Below, piece after piece: positions 34,556 to 46,905 of a stretch of 64,000 nucleotides of DNA. Under the pieces are notes generated by a model that saw only the letters and a program-made list of their open reading frames with translations, made no database searches and had not been told where the DNA came from. Every line of letters begins with the position of its first letter. The stretch's first letter is position 1. The translations under genes and the position numbers were made by a program. This DNA comes from Curvularia clavata (lineage: Eukaryota). The DNA lies in contig CP089275.1 in the NCBI GenBank assembly GCA_023920165.1, positions 5,642,001-5,706,000 of the forward strand, written 5' to 3'.

Positions 34556-37500
34556 TTAAATTTTTCTTCGAACGCTGAATTTGCGGTCGGTGGTCGCGGC
34601 TGGTAGAGCGTCGGCGAAACAGTCGCGTGCTGGCACATGTATGTTAGCATTCCCAAAACTCTCCTGTCAAGGTAATACAAAACTTACTCTCTGCAGAGTC
34701 AAACATGATCAGGATGTCGTCGTGTTCACCGGGGTACTCGATTTCATCCAAGCATACAAAACGCCTCTTGACGCCAGACCATCCTGTCAGCCTACCCTCG
34801 GCTTTTTGAATCTTGCCCTCGCCACGCCTTTCGTCCACAGGTAGAGCAAACTTGGCGTCGACGAGTCTCAGTCCGAATTTGCCTCCCTTGTCTGTCTTTT
34901 CGAATGTGTCGGTGAGACGGACCTGGAAGTTCATGGCGTCGGCATGCGAAAAGTCTTCGAAAAAGGCAAGCAGCTGGATAGTGTTGTCTTGTTCGACTAC
35001 TTGGAGGCGGAGCTTGTTTGCTGTCCACTGCTTGTAGATGGGAACGACCATGCGTCGGCGAGAAATGGAGAATGAAGTCGCAAGACCATCAAATTTGACT
35101 TGGAAACCGGTGACGGCGAGCTGGAAGGTATGCAGATCATTGAACGAGTTGAAGGTTAGGCGTCTTATAGTCGAAGCGCTCGTCAGGGTGTGGAGCAGTT
35201 TAGCAAGCTCGTCGGGAACGGTAGGATCAGTTCGGCTGCCATCAATAGCGACAGCCATATCCTTCTGGGCTTCGCGCAGCAATGTAAGCTCAGGAGCACC
35301 GTCGACGGGTAGGCGAACCAGCAGTTCGCCAGGACCTAAATTCTGTTAGACTTGTCTCACACGCTCTCAGAAAGTGATTGGGAGACTTACCCAAGTTCAT
35401 GCGATCCGAAACGATACCCGCAGTGTGCCTACACATGATTCTTAAGCTCTCACTCAGAACGGTAGGCGCCGCTTCTAATCCTGCAGCTTCAGGGTCCTGG
35501 TTCATGACCTTTGCCTCGACCCACTGTAGCTTCTCAAGTATGCGGCTTCCATTTTGGCTGAAGCCCTCTGCCTCATCAGCACTCTCGATGTGGAATCCCT
35601 TGAGTGCAACCTGAGCAAAGGTTGTTTCGCCGGGGCCAACGTTCATTGAAGTAAAGGTACCGAATAGGTTATTGCGGTCCTTGCCTTCTTGGAAGACGAG
35701 GTGTGCCATGCATGTCCGAATCCGCTTGTCTGATCCTTCTTCGCGGAAGAGTAGTCTCAAAGCCGGGGCTTGATCGGGCTCAGTGACGTACTCGAAATTC
35801 ATGGGCTCTTGTTTTGTTCCGAGCTCGTGATTGACGAGGCTGACTTGTTTGTTCTGCTGTGGCGTTACCAGCACCATTCGGTATCCTCGATGCAGTTTCC
35901 GCTTTCCTGTGCCATCGCTACTGAGTTCAATCTTCTGGAACACCAAGAGTTTACAGCCAGGCACCCGGTCTGGGGGAAACATGGATGGATTCGCAGGGTC
36001 CTTGTAGCTGGCCTCGCGAAGGTACATCTTGCATGCAAATCGCTCGTCTTTTCGCTCCCGTAGATCCGACTCTACTCGATTGGTGTGACTGACGATAGAC
36101 CATAGACTGCGGAAATCCATTTCATGCAAAGCCAATGTCAGGACGAATCCATGCTTTAGCTGTATAGAGATTTGGTTCGATTGCTGCTTCCAAGTGACAT
36201 CTCGCCAGGTGATTGCTGCGCTTGGACCGACTAGGACGTTGATTAGATTGTTCTGACTGCAAATAGAAAGCTTAGCAGAGTATTCGTCTTTGGGGCGCAA
36301 AATGGACATGACGGCATTCATTGGTACGCGGTCCGTGGCTGGGTCATCTGTGCCCACGGAGGCTTTGACAAACATTCGGAAGTAGCAAAAGTCGGTCTTG
36401 GTATCGGAAAGAGGAATGTATTGCGAAAGGCTGATGGGTGCCGGGTTGCCATGTGAAGCAGGAAGTCCGGAATTGAGTACACTAGCAGCATCAGGAGCAA
36501 ATGACGGATACTCCTCCCATATTGCCTGGTCCTGACCTTGGATAAGCGCCTGTGTAGGAGGCATACTCTGGTGCTTCTTCATGGACCCAACAAGCATCTT
36601 CATGTAGTGGCTGATGGCGTTTTGGATATCGTAGACCTCTGCGCCCACAGCATCTCCGGCTTGCCGGGCAAGCTCGACTTGGGTATCTGGGGTGCCTGAT
36701 CCGTACTTTCGCAGACCTGGGTGGTTGGGAAGGACCTGAGTGATGATCCACCACACCTTGGCCAGATCGACGTGAGGTTGGGAGAGTCGCTCCTGAGGCG
36801 GCTCAGCAGACTTGATTTGACTCCTGATGAGATTTTCCATTCCAGTACGTCCTTTCAGGAACCACCAAGTAGCAACCCGCAGCCATTGCATCGGCGAGTG
36901 GTTGTAAACGTTACCACCAAGCTGAGCTGTGAGCTCAAAGATGCCTCTCATGTGAGTGACGCGCTCAGCAAAGTCTCGGAATGCAAGTTCATTTGCAGAC
37001 TGTGTGTCAGAGCGACCGAGCGGGGCAGTAGGCTTTGCGCTGGCTCCAGAAGGACTACGCGACGCCATCTGAGCACCTGGAGGTCCTGAAGGCACAGCAA
37101 GCGCCGGCGGTAATGAGGATGGCGGTGACGACCGTTGTTGTGTGGGCTGAAAGTTGGGCATTCCTTGCAAAGGTTGAGGTGGACTAGAAATACGAGGGGG
37201 TTCGTCAAGAGGTTGAACTGGCTTGTCAGTGGTAGAGGCTACTCTTTGCATGGCTGGGCTAGCGAAAGGTTCCGATCGTGAAAAAGGTGAAGCGGGGGTT
37301 TGTGAAGTGGCCGAAGATGCGTAGTGTGGTGAGCCTGATGAGGGGACGCGCGTGTCCATGTCGTGTGGGTATGCCATTGGCCTTCGCCCTGGAGATGGGC
37401 CACGGGCTCTCGATCGTTGGGGGTCTTCGGTCTCGAGCATCCTGCGTGGTGATGTTGTCGAGGCTGTCTGCGAATTGCTAAGGGGCGCCTCTGAAAGCGA

Positions 37501-38670
37501 GGGCTGTGAGCTCTCGTCTGAACCCCGCCGTTCGCCTGATGCCGCGCGCTGCGCAGCTTCATGCAAAGTTCTACCCTCCTCTGAACGCATTTTTTGTCTG
37601 ACTCTTGCAGCAAAAGAATTATGCGCTTCTTCTTCCTGTCCAGGTGCGTGTGGTTCGGGGGTCCGGGGGAGTGAGGGTACGGGATGTGCGGAGTCTTCAC
37701 TTAGTCGCTCGTCCACTGTGCTGAAGCCAGTCTGGCTACGCTTGAGTGACTTTGGCCTAAAATCGTCCTCTTCTTCTTGGATTGTCGGCTCACGTGCGGT
37801 TGCTGTTCTGGACGCTACAGGCGAGAGGTTATCTGAATCTTGTGAGTATACAGAGTCTTCGCTCATCCGTCTCATAGGCTGCTGCATTCCAGGTTCTATT
37901 ATGTTATCGAAGCCGGTAGGAGCGCGCGAAAGGCCTTTGGGCCGCTCTCCTAGGCCCATGGATCCTAAGTGGCGTGGGGGTGTGGGAGGGAGCTGTGCGG
38001 TAGTGGTGATCTGGCCAAGCTGCATCTTCTGCCCAAGAGGCGGGGACAGCTCGCCGGGATTTGTGCGTGTCCTGGTGAGGTTTGCCCTGTACTCGGTCTG
38101 GGCGGGTGTCCTGTACTCGGTCTGTGAAGGCGCCCTGCCAATGCTCATGGACCGTGATCCTGAACTGGCGTCGTCCTGCGGCGCCTGGGAGGGTACGCTG
38201 TCCATAGCAACTGGCGTGCCCGCTGGTTTTTTGTTCTTGGCTACCTCAATGGCGGGGTCTTCGCACTCGTCACCGCCATGTCCTATTATGTCAGGGACGG
38301 TGCGCACAAAGGCGACTGTGAGGCCCTTTTTGCGCGTGCCCGACTTCATGCCTCCAGGCCCTGGGTTTTTTGCTGCTGCGCTGTTCAAGATAGCTTGTGC
38401 GCCGGGCCAGCGTTGGGCGCTGGCAACATCTATGCGGGGGCGGTTGAGAAAGGCAGCGGCGGCGGCAGCAGCAGCCTCCTGCTGTTGCAGCTGTTGGGCG
38501 GCGCGGTCGGTCGAGGGCTTGAGGAAGGCGCTGAGGTCGTCATTATTGGTGTTGTCGGCTTGCTTGTTCTTGGCCTCTCTGGCGGCGAGCTCGTTGGTCT
38601 TGTCGAGGATCTTGGTCTTCCAGCGGCTCTTTGAGAAGAGCTTACTCGTGGGCTCATGTGCTTCGACCAT
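34556..38670 (-). CDS. Large fungal protein of unknown function (disordered N-terminal half, folded C-terminal half), 3 exons
   Basis: Long ORF from ATG 38670. Canonical introns 35336-35390 and 34630-34687 extend it in frame to TAA at 34556-34558. Confidence 0.8.
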
Positions 38671-40799
38671 GGTGCTGTCTGTAATCCCGACTCTGGCGGC
38701 GGAGGTAGTGGTGGAAGCTGGAGAAGGTGGAGAGGGAGTGAAGAGGTGGGGAGTGGCACAGGGCCCGGTTGGCGTGCAGCAGGGCGTTTGTGAGAGGGCA
38801 ACCAACGGTGTCGCGTGCTACGAATGAGGGTGCGAAGGTGCGAGGTGGCTTCGGAATGCCGTCCAGGGCTCAATTGGCGGCAGCGGGGGCGGGCAGCGGG
38901 TTTGGCGGAGGGAAATGGGGCGTCTCTAACAGGGTCCTAGCACATGAAACGGCTTCACTCGCACACGCAGTTGCCAGAGCGCTTCGTGCAATGCATGTGT
39001 AGAGTGGCGGCGGGCGGCTGGGTGAAAGAAGGAAGACGCACAAAAGACAAGACGAGACAAGGCGAGTCAAGAGAGGGGGAGAGAGGGGGGTGGGAAAGAG
39101 AAAGAGGGAATGGAAATGGGAAAGCGACAAGACAGAGAGCCACGCGACGTTTACGGCCCGCCGCCAGCCCAGTAGCCAAAGCAGCCAGCAGCCCAGCAGC
39201 AGACAGGCCCGGCGACAGGGATGCAGCAGTGGTTGTGGAACCGCCGTTCGTAAGTTGCGGAGTAGTCGTGCAGCTAATTTGCCCAGGGTCGCCGCTAACC
39301 CAACGCGCCTGTGCTGCCTCTGCGCTGCGCACCTCCAAAACATGTCTGGCTGCTCCCAATCCCCCCGAGCGAGATTGTCTCGTGTCTCGTATACGGCCGA
39401 GATGGGGCGTAATGCTAGAGAAGGGGGGGACCACACACAGCCCACCGGCACCGGTCAACCTGTGCCGCTACGAGTAGATTGCTAGCCGTCTTGTACTCGT
39501 GCGCCTGTCTTAAAGGCGGTCACGGCAGTGAGAGCAACATGTCTTGGCGCCCAACCCTTTTGCAGCCGCATTGTGGACGTGTTTGCGACATGGATACGAG
39601 CCGCCAAAGGTTGTCTCCTGCCCTCACGCCCAAGCAGCCCGTCTGACGGAGCGAAGATCCTGGTCCCGGCGTGTCGCGATCGTCGTGACGTACGTGGCAT
39701 GCGTTTCACCCATCTTGACAGTTGCTGCGCCGCTGCCGTTGCTCTCGACCGTGGGACGAATCTGGCGCTTGTCAAGTAGAAAAAAGGGCCTCCCAAAATG
39801 GAACACTGCAAGGCTGCTCTATGCCGGGAACAAGCCCAAGAACATCGAGTGATAAGGCGGCGGCAGGCATGGCGATCCCTTGCCCTTGGCTCCCCTGTCA
39901 TGTGAGAGATGGGCTAGCCACATAGGGACTAGCCTACTCGACCCTCTATCTGTGCCACGACTAGGCCATGCATCAGGCAATGTATGTCAAATCGCCTTTA
40001 AATCGTCGGAACAGCCCTCGAAGCTTCCACCAGCCTCGAGTCGACGTCACGGAGCCACCTGTAGCACGCCGTGCCACCCTCATGTCCCCCGCTGTCTATG
40101 TACAACCTACTCCCTCCGAGTTCCAGGGGCCAGATCTGGCTGCGACGTGAGATGGAAACAGAGTGCTTACCTCACGCTGCTAGCGCCCGGAGAGCTGCCA
40201 TTCTCGGTCTCACCACCTTTAAGCGATATAACGCGACATCTAGGTGGGCCGCCCGTCCGCTTCGACATTTGCCGGTTCAGCCCAGCTCCGCCAAGATGCG
40301 CCTTTTACACTCCGCATAGACTACTCGAGGCTGTGCTATACTGTCTATATACAGCGAGCAGTCGTACCAGCGACGTTGCCTGCTGCGCTAGTGCTTCCGC
40401 CCTTGTACAAGGACACACCTTGCTGAGTCATCGGAGCCTCCGAGCCCTGGCAAACACCATCACTCCGGAATAATGCGCATTGCACCGAACCTAAACACGT
40501 TCACACTCAGCAATAAGACCTCTGGTCCGATTCCGCTGACACACATTCCTAACGGTACTTGTCACGCCTGTCCAGCGCCTACGAAGCATCCTTGGCCAGG
40601 ATCCAAGCAACCTTCATGTCTAAGGACTCGCCAGGTTGAAAGAAGCTTCGACTTGGCCGGCGTCGGAGCCGCAAGTGGGGCGCCACATCCAGCCATGACG
40701 GAGCCTCGCCCCATACCATCGTCATAACCCCGAAACATTGTACCCCTCAGTAGTCCTTCCCCGCCATGTCTACCATGCTTGTCACCAACACCTCACAAA

Positions 40800-41768
40800 A
40801 TGTCCTCCCAAACCACCTTGGAGCCTCTGCAGACTTATGAAATCTCAGACTTCAAATTCCACAATGGGTCCACATTGCCCAAGCTGACACTGGCCTACAA
40901 GATTCTCAATCCCCACAACTCCAAGATTGCAGTCGTACACACCTGCTTCAAAGGCCGACTGAACACCACTCCGACCTACGCAGACTCGGCGTTGAAGAAT
41001 CACAAAATCATCCTCATTGCCCTCCTCGGCAATGGCGAATCCGCCAGTCCTTCAAACACGCCTGGCTTCCCTTCTCAAATAGAGTACATGGACTGCATCA
41101 ATGCCCAATACCCGCTACTGACCCAAGATCTCGCCATCAAAGAAGTCGACGTTATGCTGGGGTTTTCCATGGGAGGCCAAATCACCTACCACTGGTTGGC
41201 TGCACACCCTGATTTCATCAAGCACGCAGTCATCATCTGCTCCTCAGCCAAGACGAGCAGACACAACTATCAGTTTCTCGAGGGCCCAAAGGCTGCTTTG
41301 CAAAATGCAAAAACTCCAGAGAGTGGCATCAGGGCGTTTGGAAAAGCCTACTCTGCGTGGTTGACCAGCGCCGAATGGTTCGATGAGGAATGCTACAAGT
41401 CTATGGGCTTCCAGCAGCTCCGCGATTGGGACGACGTCACCAATATCCAGGGCTATGAAGGCTGGACTGGTGACGACCTACTCGCCATGTTGGGCATGTG
41501 GCAACGGGGTGACATCAGCCGATGCACGGCAGCTGGGGATGTCGAGTCTGCACTCAAGAGCATCAAGGCAAAAGTCTTGCTCATGCCCTGTGAGATGGAT
41601 CAGTACTTCCGACCCTATGTCAGCCAAAGGGAGGTCAAGAGCCTACAAGATGGTATTGTAGAGGTGATTCCCAGCATCTGGGGTCATATTGCGGGCGGTG
41701 GGGCGAATCAAAAGGACCTCGAATGGATGGATCACAGGATGAAACTCTTTTTGCGCGGTCTAGTCTAG
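40800..41768 (+). CDS. Alpha/beta hydrolase, homoserine O-acetyltransferase-like
   Basis: 'DFKFHNGSTLPKLTLAY', nucleophile elbow GFSMGG, Asp in 'MDQYF', His in 'SIWGHIAG'; intronless. Confidence 0.8.
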   Translation: MSSQTTLEPLQTYEISDFKFHNGSTLPKLTLAYKILNPHNSKIAVVHTCFKGRLNTTPTYADSALKNHKIILIALLGNGESASPSNTPGFPSQIEYMDCINAQYPLLTQDLAIKEVDVMLGFSMGGQITYHWLAAHPDFIKHAVIICSSAKTSRHNYQFLEGPKAALQNAKTPESGIRAFGKAYSAWLTSAEWFDEECYKSMGFQQLRDWDDVTNIQGYEGWTGDDLLAMLGMWQRGDISRCTAAGDVESALKSIKAKVLLMPCEMDQYFRPYVSQREVKSLQDGIVEVIPSIWGHIAGGGANQKDLEWMDHRMKLFLRGLV

Positions 41769-42195
41769 GGTCTCGTATCAATGATAAAACTTGGTTGCTT
41801 TGTCCCTGTCACGCGACACGTAATCGTAATGCTGCTTGCGTAGTCGTGAACGAGACTGATCGGGACGAGAACTTCATCACTGAGCCTTTAAAATCCACGA
41901 ATTTGTAAAGTCATGCTGACTTGAGCAGACAAGCCTGACAAAACTGGCGTGATTTACTGTGGGACCCAGAGCTCTTTGCTGCAAGTTGTTTCGCATCAGT
42001 ATTTCAGCCAATCAGCGAAAACCCTCATCGATATGTTATCGCCAAGCTCTTACACCCAATGCCTCACCCCTACTCTTACAACTGCCCATATCTAAAAAGA
42101 CATAATACCCACAAAATCCTCTTCACCAAGAGAAACGATTGCTACAATCCTACACACTATAATCAAATTTAAAGGAAAACAAATCGGTCGCCAGT

Positions 42196-43101
42196 ATGCC
42201 AGCTCTAGCACCGACGTCATCGCCTGCATCCTCTTACGACCACACATCCGACTCCAGCACCGCACCACGGACCAAGCGCTCGCGTGTCTCAGCCGAACAC
42301 ACGCTGAACCGCGTGCGCGAGAATCAGCGGCGACACCGCGCACGCCAGCGCGACCATGTCGCATCACTAGAACGCAAGCTGGCCGAGACTGAGAAACTGC
42401 TGTGCGAGGCGAGACAGGAAATTGCTTTGCTCCGACAGGAGGCTGCGGAAAGAGCAGCATACGACTTGATGGAGAGTGGTACAGAGAGACCCATGTTACC
42501 GAACACGACTACTATTTCCACTATGACTATCGTCGCTGGCCCACCATCTCTACCGCTACCGCAAGATTCCCTTCCGCAAAACGACTATACAGATGGAACG
42601 CAAACGCTCCAAGAATTCTCCTTCTTCACCGATGACACTTCATCGTCGTATTACCTCCCTCTCAGCCCCAACACCACCTCTAGTAGTAGCAGCAGCAGTA
42701 CCACCAGCATCATCACTACCTCACCGCCCCTTCCTCTTCCTCTTCCCCTCCCCCTCTTGGATCCTCCCACCAACGGCCCCCCACCCTGCTGCTCCGACAC
42801 GCCCCTCCTACTCTCGTCTCCTAGCACCCCCTCCTCTACCAGCACACACACGCCATCCACCCCCGACGACCCCGAATGCACAAGCTGCAAGACGCGGCCT
42901 CCGCCCGCCCCTACGGAGAGCACCACGCTGTGCGCACAGGCCTACGTCTTGATTCACCAGCAAAATTTCAGGAATCTGGATCCAGAGTCGATTCGGTTGT
43001 GGTTAGTGCAGGGGCTGAGGAGGGCGCAGAGGCAGGGCGAGGGGTGTAGGGTGGAGAATGGAGCCTTGCTGCGGCTGTTGGATTTTATTAGTGGGGTATA
43101 G
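42196..43101 (+). CDS. bZIP transcription factor
   Basis: Basic region 'NRVRENQRRHRARQRDHVASLE' followed by a heptad zipper, a S/T/P-rich linker and a Cys-containing C-terminal domain. Confidence 0.8.
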   Translation: MPALAPTSSPASSYDHTSDSSTAPRTKRSRVSAEHTLNRVRENQRRHRARQRDHVASLERKLAETEKLLCEARQEIALLRQEAAERAAYDLMESGTERPMLPNTTTISTMTIVAGPPSLPLPQDSLPQNDYTDGTQTLQEFSFFTDDTSSSYYLPLSPNTTSSSSSSSTTSIITTSPPLPLPLPLPLLDPPTNGPPPCCSDTPLLLSSPSTPSSTSTHTPSTPDDPECTSCKTRPPPAPTESTTLCAQAYVLIHQQNFRNLDPESIRLWLVQGLRRAQRQGEGCRVENGALLRLLDFISGV

Positions 43102-43533
43102 GTGAGTAGTGGGAAGAAAAGGAAGGGATGGGCTTGTGCAGATAGCGCTGGAGACGAAAAAAAAAAGAGAACAAGGAAATTGGGTAGAAAGGAAGGGGAG
43201 GCATGGGCAAGAGAGAACGGAAATTGCAGTTCCAACAAATGACCAAGTAGAAGGAAAGAAGGAAAGAGAACTAGATCGTGTCATGGTGATTTTCATTACC
43301 CATACGCTATGCAGAGAGAAGAAATCCCAAGATCCATGCAAAATGTACATACGGATGATCTCATGGCTTGGGTACACACAAAGAGAGACAGAAAGACAGA
43401 AAGAAGAATGAAAAAAAAGGCCATTTCATCACCCGTTGAACTCGTGTTTACCATTAAAAGGTTTCCCTCCTCTTCTTACAGACGACTCGGGCGCCTGCTT
43501 AATTTAAACACGCTTGAAAAAAAGTTAACCCGC

Positions 43534-45486
43534 TTATCGTCCCATGCGAATCACACCTGCATGCACCAGCTTCTGGATCTTGGACCGAATCTCCGGGTTC
43601 TTAAGGTGCTCCTGCAGCGCCGCGGGGTCTTCCTTGGCCTGTTGCAGGATGGCTTGCATAATAGGATCTTGCAGGATACCGACAATCTGATATTTGCGTT
43701 AGTCAATCGATTCATTCGACATTTTGAAATTTACGGCAAAACTCACCTCTGGGTCGCGTTGGATACGCTCCATCGTCTCCTGCTCCGTCTCACCCTCGCG
43801 CGCAGAATACTGTGCTTGCAGAGCCTTGGTTTCTTGCTGCTGAATCTCGCGCGTGTGCTTGCCCTCCTTGTCGTGCTCCATGGCTTCCGTGCACACGTTG
43901 ACACACTTGCTGTACTCGCGCATGGTGAAGTATGCCTGGGCCTTGCGCAGGTACGCTCGGATGAATTCGGGATCGCGCTTGATGGCCTCGTCGCAGTCCT
44001 GGATCGCAGATGGGAATTCGAGCAGCTTGATGAAACAGGCAGCGCGGTTGGAGTAGCCTCTTGGGTCATCCGGTGCCCGCTTGATCATCTCAGTGTATGC
44101 TTCAACAGCACCAGGCCAATCCGACTCCTTGAACTTGGCGTTGCCGAGCTCACGCGCCTTTTCAGCCTCCTCGGGGTTAATGTATGCCTCCTTCTCTGCC
44201 TTGATCTTGGCCTTCTCTGCAGCTCGGAGCTTGGCGAGCACTTCGGGTGTGCGGTGCTCCGTCTGCGCCTTTTGGTAATAGAGGATAGCGTTACTAAGAT
44301 CGCCCATCTTCTCGTAAGCAGTACCGATACGTGCAAATGCCCTGTTTGCTGTTAGCGACGTAGTCTACAATTTCTCCGTCAAACACGTACTTTGCGATAA
44401 TCTTAAAGTCTGCGAGGATTTCGCGACCATACTCGACAGCCTCTTGGCAGGCCTTGATACAATTGTCGTAGTCACCCTTTTCGAAAAAGGCTGCTCCCAG
44501 GTTGGTCTTGTAAGTGATATCCTTGTGAGTTTCCCATGCCTTGTTGTAGTTCTCAATTGCCTGGTCGAATTGCCGCTTCTTGTAGAACTCAGTGCCCTTC
44601 TTCTTGAGCTCGTCGGCCTCAGCTTTGGCCTGCTTTGCCGCCTTGTCCTCTTCCGTCTCCTCGACTGGTTCGGGCTCGGGCTCGGGTTCGGGCTCCTTCT
44701 TTGGCTGCTCGGGTGCTGGGCGCACATCCGGCATCTCGACGTCTTCCTCCACCCTTGAGCCTGCACCTCCTGCACCTGCACCTGCACCTGCGCCCTCTGG
44801 TGGCTGACCAAACGACATGTCGATGCCTAGTAGTACGCTCATGACTTGCAGGAAGCGGGGGTCTTGCATGAATTGGCCTGCCATGTTCGGGTTCTTCTGC
44901 AGTTGTTGGAGTTTGCCCATGAATTCTGGATCAGCGAGCAGAGCCGAAGTCTTGGGGTTAGATGCGAGCTTGGAAATCATGTTTGGGTCGTTGAACATGC
45001 CACCGAGGCCTGCGCCATCAGCATTGGCTTCGGATTCGATTGCGCGTTTGACAGCGTCCAGGCCGGATTTGGCTTGAGCGTTGTTTGGGTCGAGCTTGAG
45101 TGCCTGATCAAAAGCGTCTGATGCACCCACTGCAAAAGGTTAGTATTTAGTTTTCCGTAACGTATGCTCCACGTACCTAGGTCGCCCTCGCCGTGTAGCG
45201 CCGTTCCCTTGCGCCCCCAGCCCTTTGACCAGTCGGGCTTGATCTCGGTAACCTTGTTCGCATCTTCCAGAGCCTTTTTCCAGTCTTTCAAAGATGCGTA
45301 TGCGCCAGATCGGTTCGAATAAAGGACGTGGTTTGTAGGGTCGAGCTCGATGGCTTGTGAGAACTTCTCGCTGTAGTCTGTTAGTAAATGTTTGGCTAGG
45401 TCACGTCTGCGGGGAACTTACATAGACTCCGCGAACTTCTTCTCGGCGAAGAGCTTGTTGCCCTCGGCTTTCAGTGCGTCCGCCAT
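43534..45486 (-). CDS. STI1: Hsp70/Hsp90 co-chaperone Sti1/Hop, 5 exons
   Basis: Introns 45371-45421, 45130-45176, 44342-44390 and 43687-43746. Starts 'MADALKAEGNK'; three TPR blocks ('YSNRAAC'), DP repeats ('QDPRF', 'QRDPE') and a C-terminal 'AGVIRMGR'. Confidence 0.95.
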
Positions 45487-46061
45487 GTTAATAATGTGAA
45501 ATCAGGCTATTCCCTTACGAAAAATGCGGTTGTCGTCTTGTCACGTAGGCGCCAGAGGGATCAGCTGTGAATTATTGTAGTTTGATGTGTAGCTAGAATG
45601 TTCGATGGATGGCGGAGCTCGGGAAAGGCGTCCGTGCATCTCGAGCGAGCGCTCAAGGGCGTCCGTCATAACACCCCACCATTCAGCCTGACGTGACATC
45701 TCTTCAGCCTGTGAGTGCTCCCAACCTCTCTCAGCCCTTTTCATGCATGTTTGCACCGCATCTGCCCTTGGCCTGGTGAGATTCCTCGCAGGGTAGCGAC
45801 ATCACAACGGGTCATCCGAGCGAACTGTTGGGACTTGTTCGTGCGATGGTTTGCCTATATGGGTTTTACAATGTATTCAAATCTGCACTACCTGAACACC
45901 AGCCACCAATTTCTACCACTCGTTAAACGGAAATGCTTTATTTACCGACCTTGAAAGACCGCCGCGCAGCTCCCACTAACATGGTGAACAAGACTTCATT
46001 TGATCCTATTGTCAACGATCACAGGAAAATCAAATCAAAGCTCTGACACAATCGTCATACC

Positions 46062-46905
46062 ATGGCCGAGGTTGTACCGCAGGCGTTTTGGAACGCACAG
46101 CTCGTTCTGAGCGGGCCTAGTGATAAGATCATGGTTCAGAATCTGCAGGTGGTCGTCAACGCTGGCAGAGATGTCTGGGGTCGTGAGAAAAGGCAGCGGG
46201 CCCTGATCAGTGTCACTCTCAGTCTGGAGAAGCAATTCGCATCAGCTTCTTCGACGGACTCTGTCGACGATAGTACTGTCCACTACGGTACTCTTAGCAA
46301 GGCGATCCAAGCCCGCTTCAGCGACGATGGTATGGCCTGGTCATCCACGGCTGCACTCTCAGCTGCCGTTTCGCAGTGCATACGCGACGTTGCAGGCTCG
46401 ACAGAGATACGGGCCATTGAGACGAATGTTTGCTACCAGAAGGGCAGTATGCTGGGCGAGGGAGCAGGTCACATGACTTCGTGTCTTGAAAAGAAGGGAA
46501 CACGATCAAGCGTGCTGTATCTGCGCAACATTCGGATTCCATGCCTGATTGGCGTCAATTCAAACGAAAGGCTACAGAAGCAACCCGTGGATGTCAACAT
46601 TTGGGTAGATGGTATTGCTGACAGTCGGGTTGACGACTACCCACAACTTGAGAGCCTGTTGTTTGAGGTGGGCAAGCTTTTTGCAGTACTGGACGCTAGC
46701 TGACAGGTAACAGCTGATCTCAGGGTCTTCGTTCCAGACGATCGAGAGCCTAGTAGCATGGGTCATTGAGGAGCTCCGACTCAAGTTCTTCACGCAAGAG
46801 GCGGACCAGGGGGCATGGATCAAGCTGCGAGTGGGCAAGCCCCACGCGGTGCCTTTCGCAGACGCGCCTGCAGTGGAGATTACGCGGCTGGTGCGATTGG
46901 GTTAG
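46062..46905 (+). CDS. Stand-alone tandem dihydroneopterin aldolase (FolB-like) protein
   Basis: Two FolB-type repeats: 'DKIMVQNL...STVHYGTLSK' and 'LRNIRIPCLIGVNSNERLQKQPV...SSFQTIESL'. Phase-0 intron 46668-46713; TAG at 46903-46905. Confidence 0.8.

Noticed and set aside
37352..38827. 491-aa plus-strand ORF
   Set aside because: Antisense to the low-complexity half of the large minus-strand gene.
38830..40790. Many overlapping 60-200 aa ORFs in a GC-rich region
   Set aside because: Divergent promoter/5' UTR region; the ORFs have low-complexity, non-protein-like composition.
43309..44355. 348-aa plus-strand ORF
   Set aside because: Antisense to STI1 exons; no recognisable protein features.
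45590..45610. Possible heat-shock element upstream of STI1 (GAAtgTTC)
   Set aside because: Only two nGAAn units; too weak to call.
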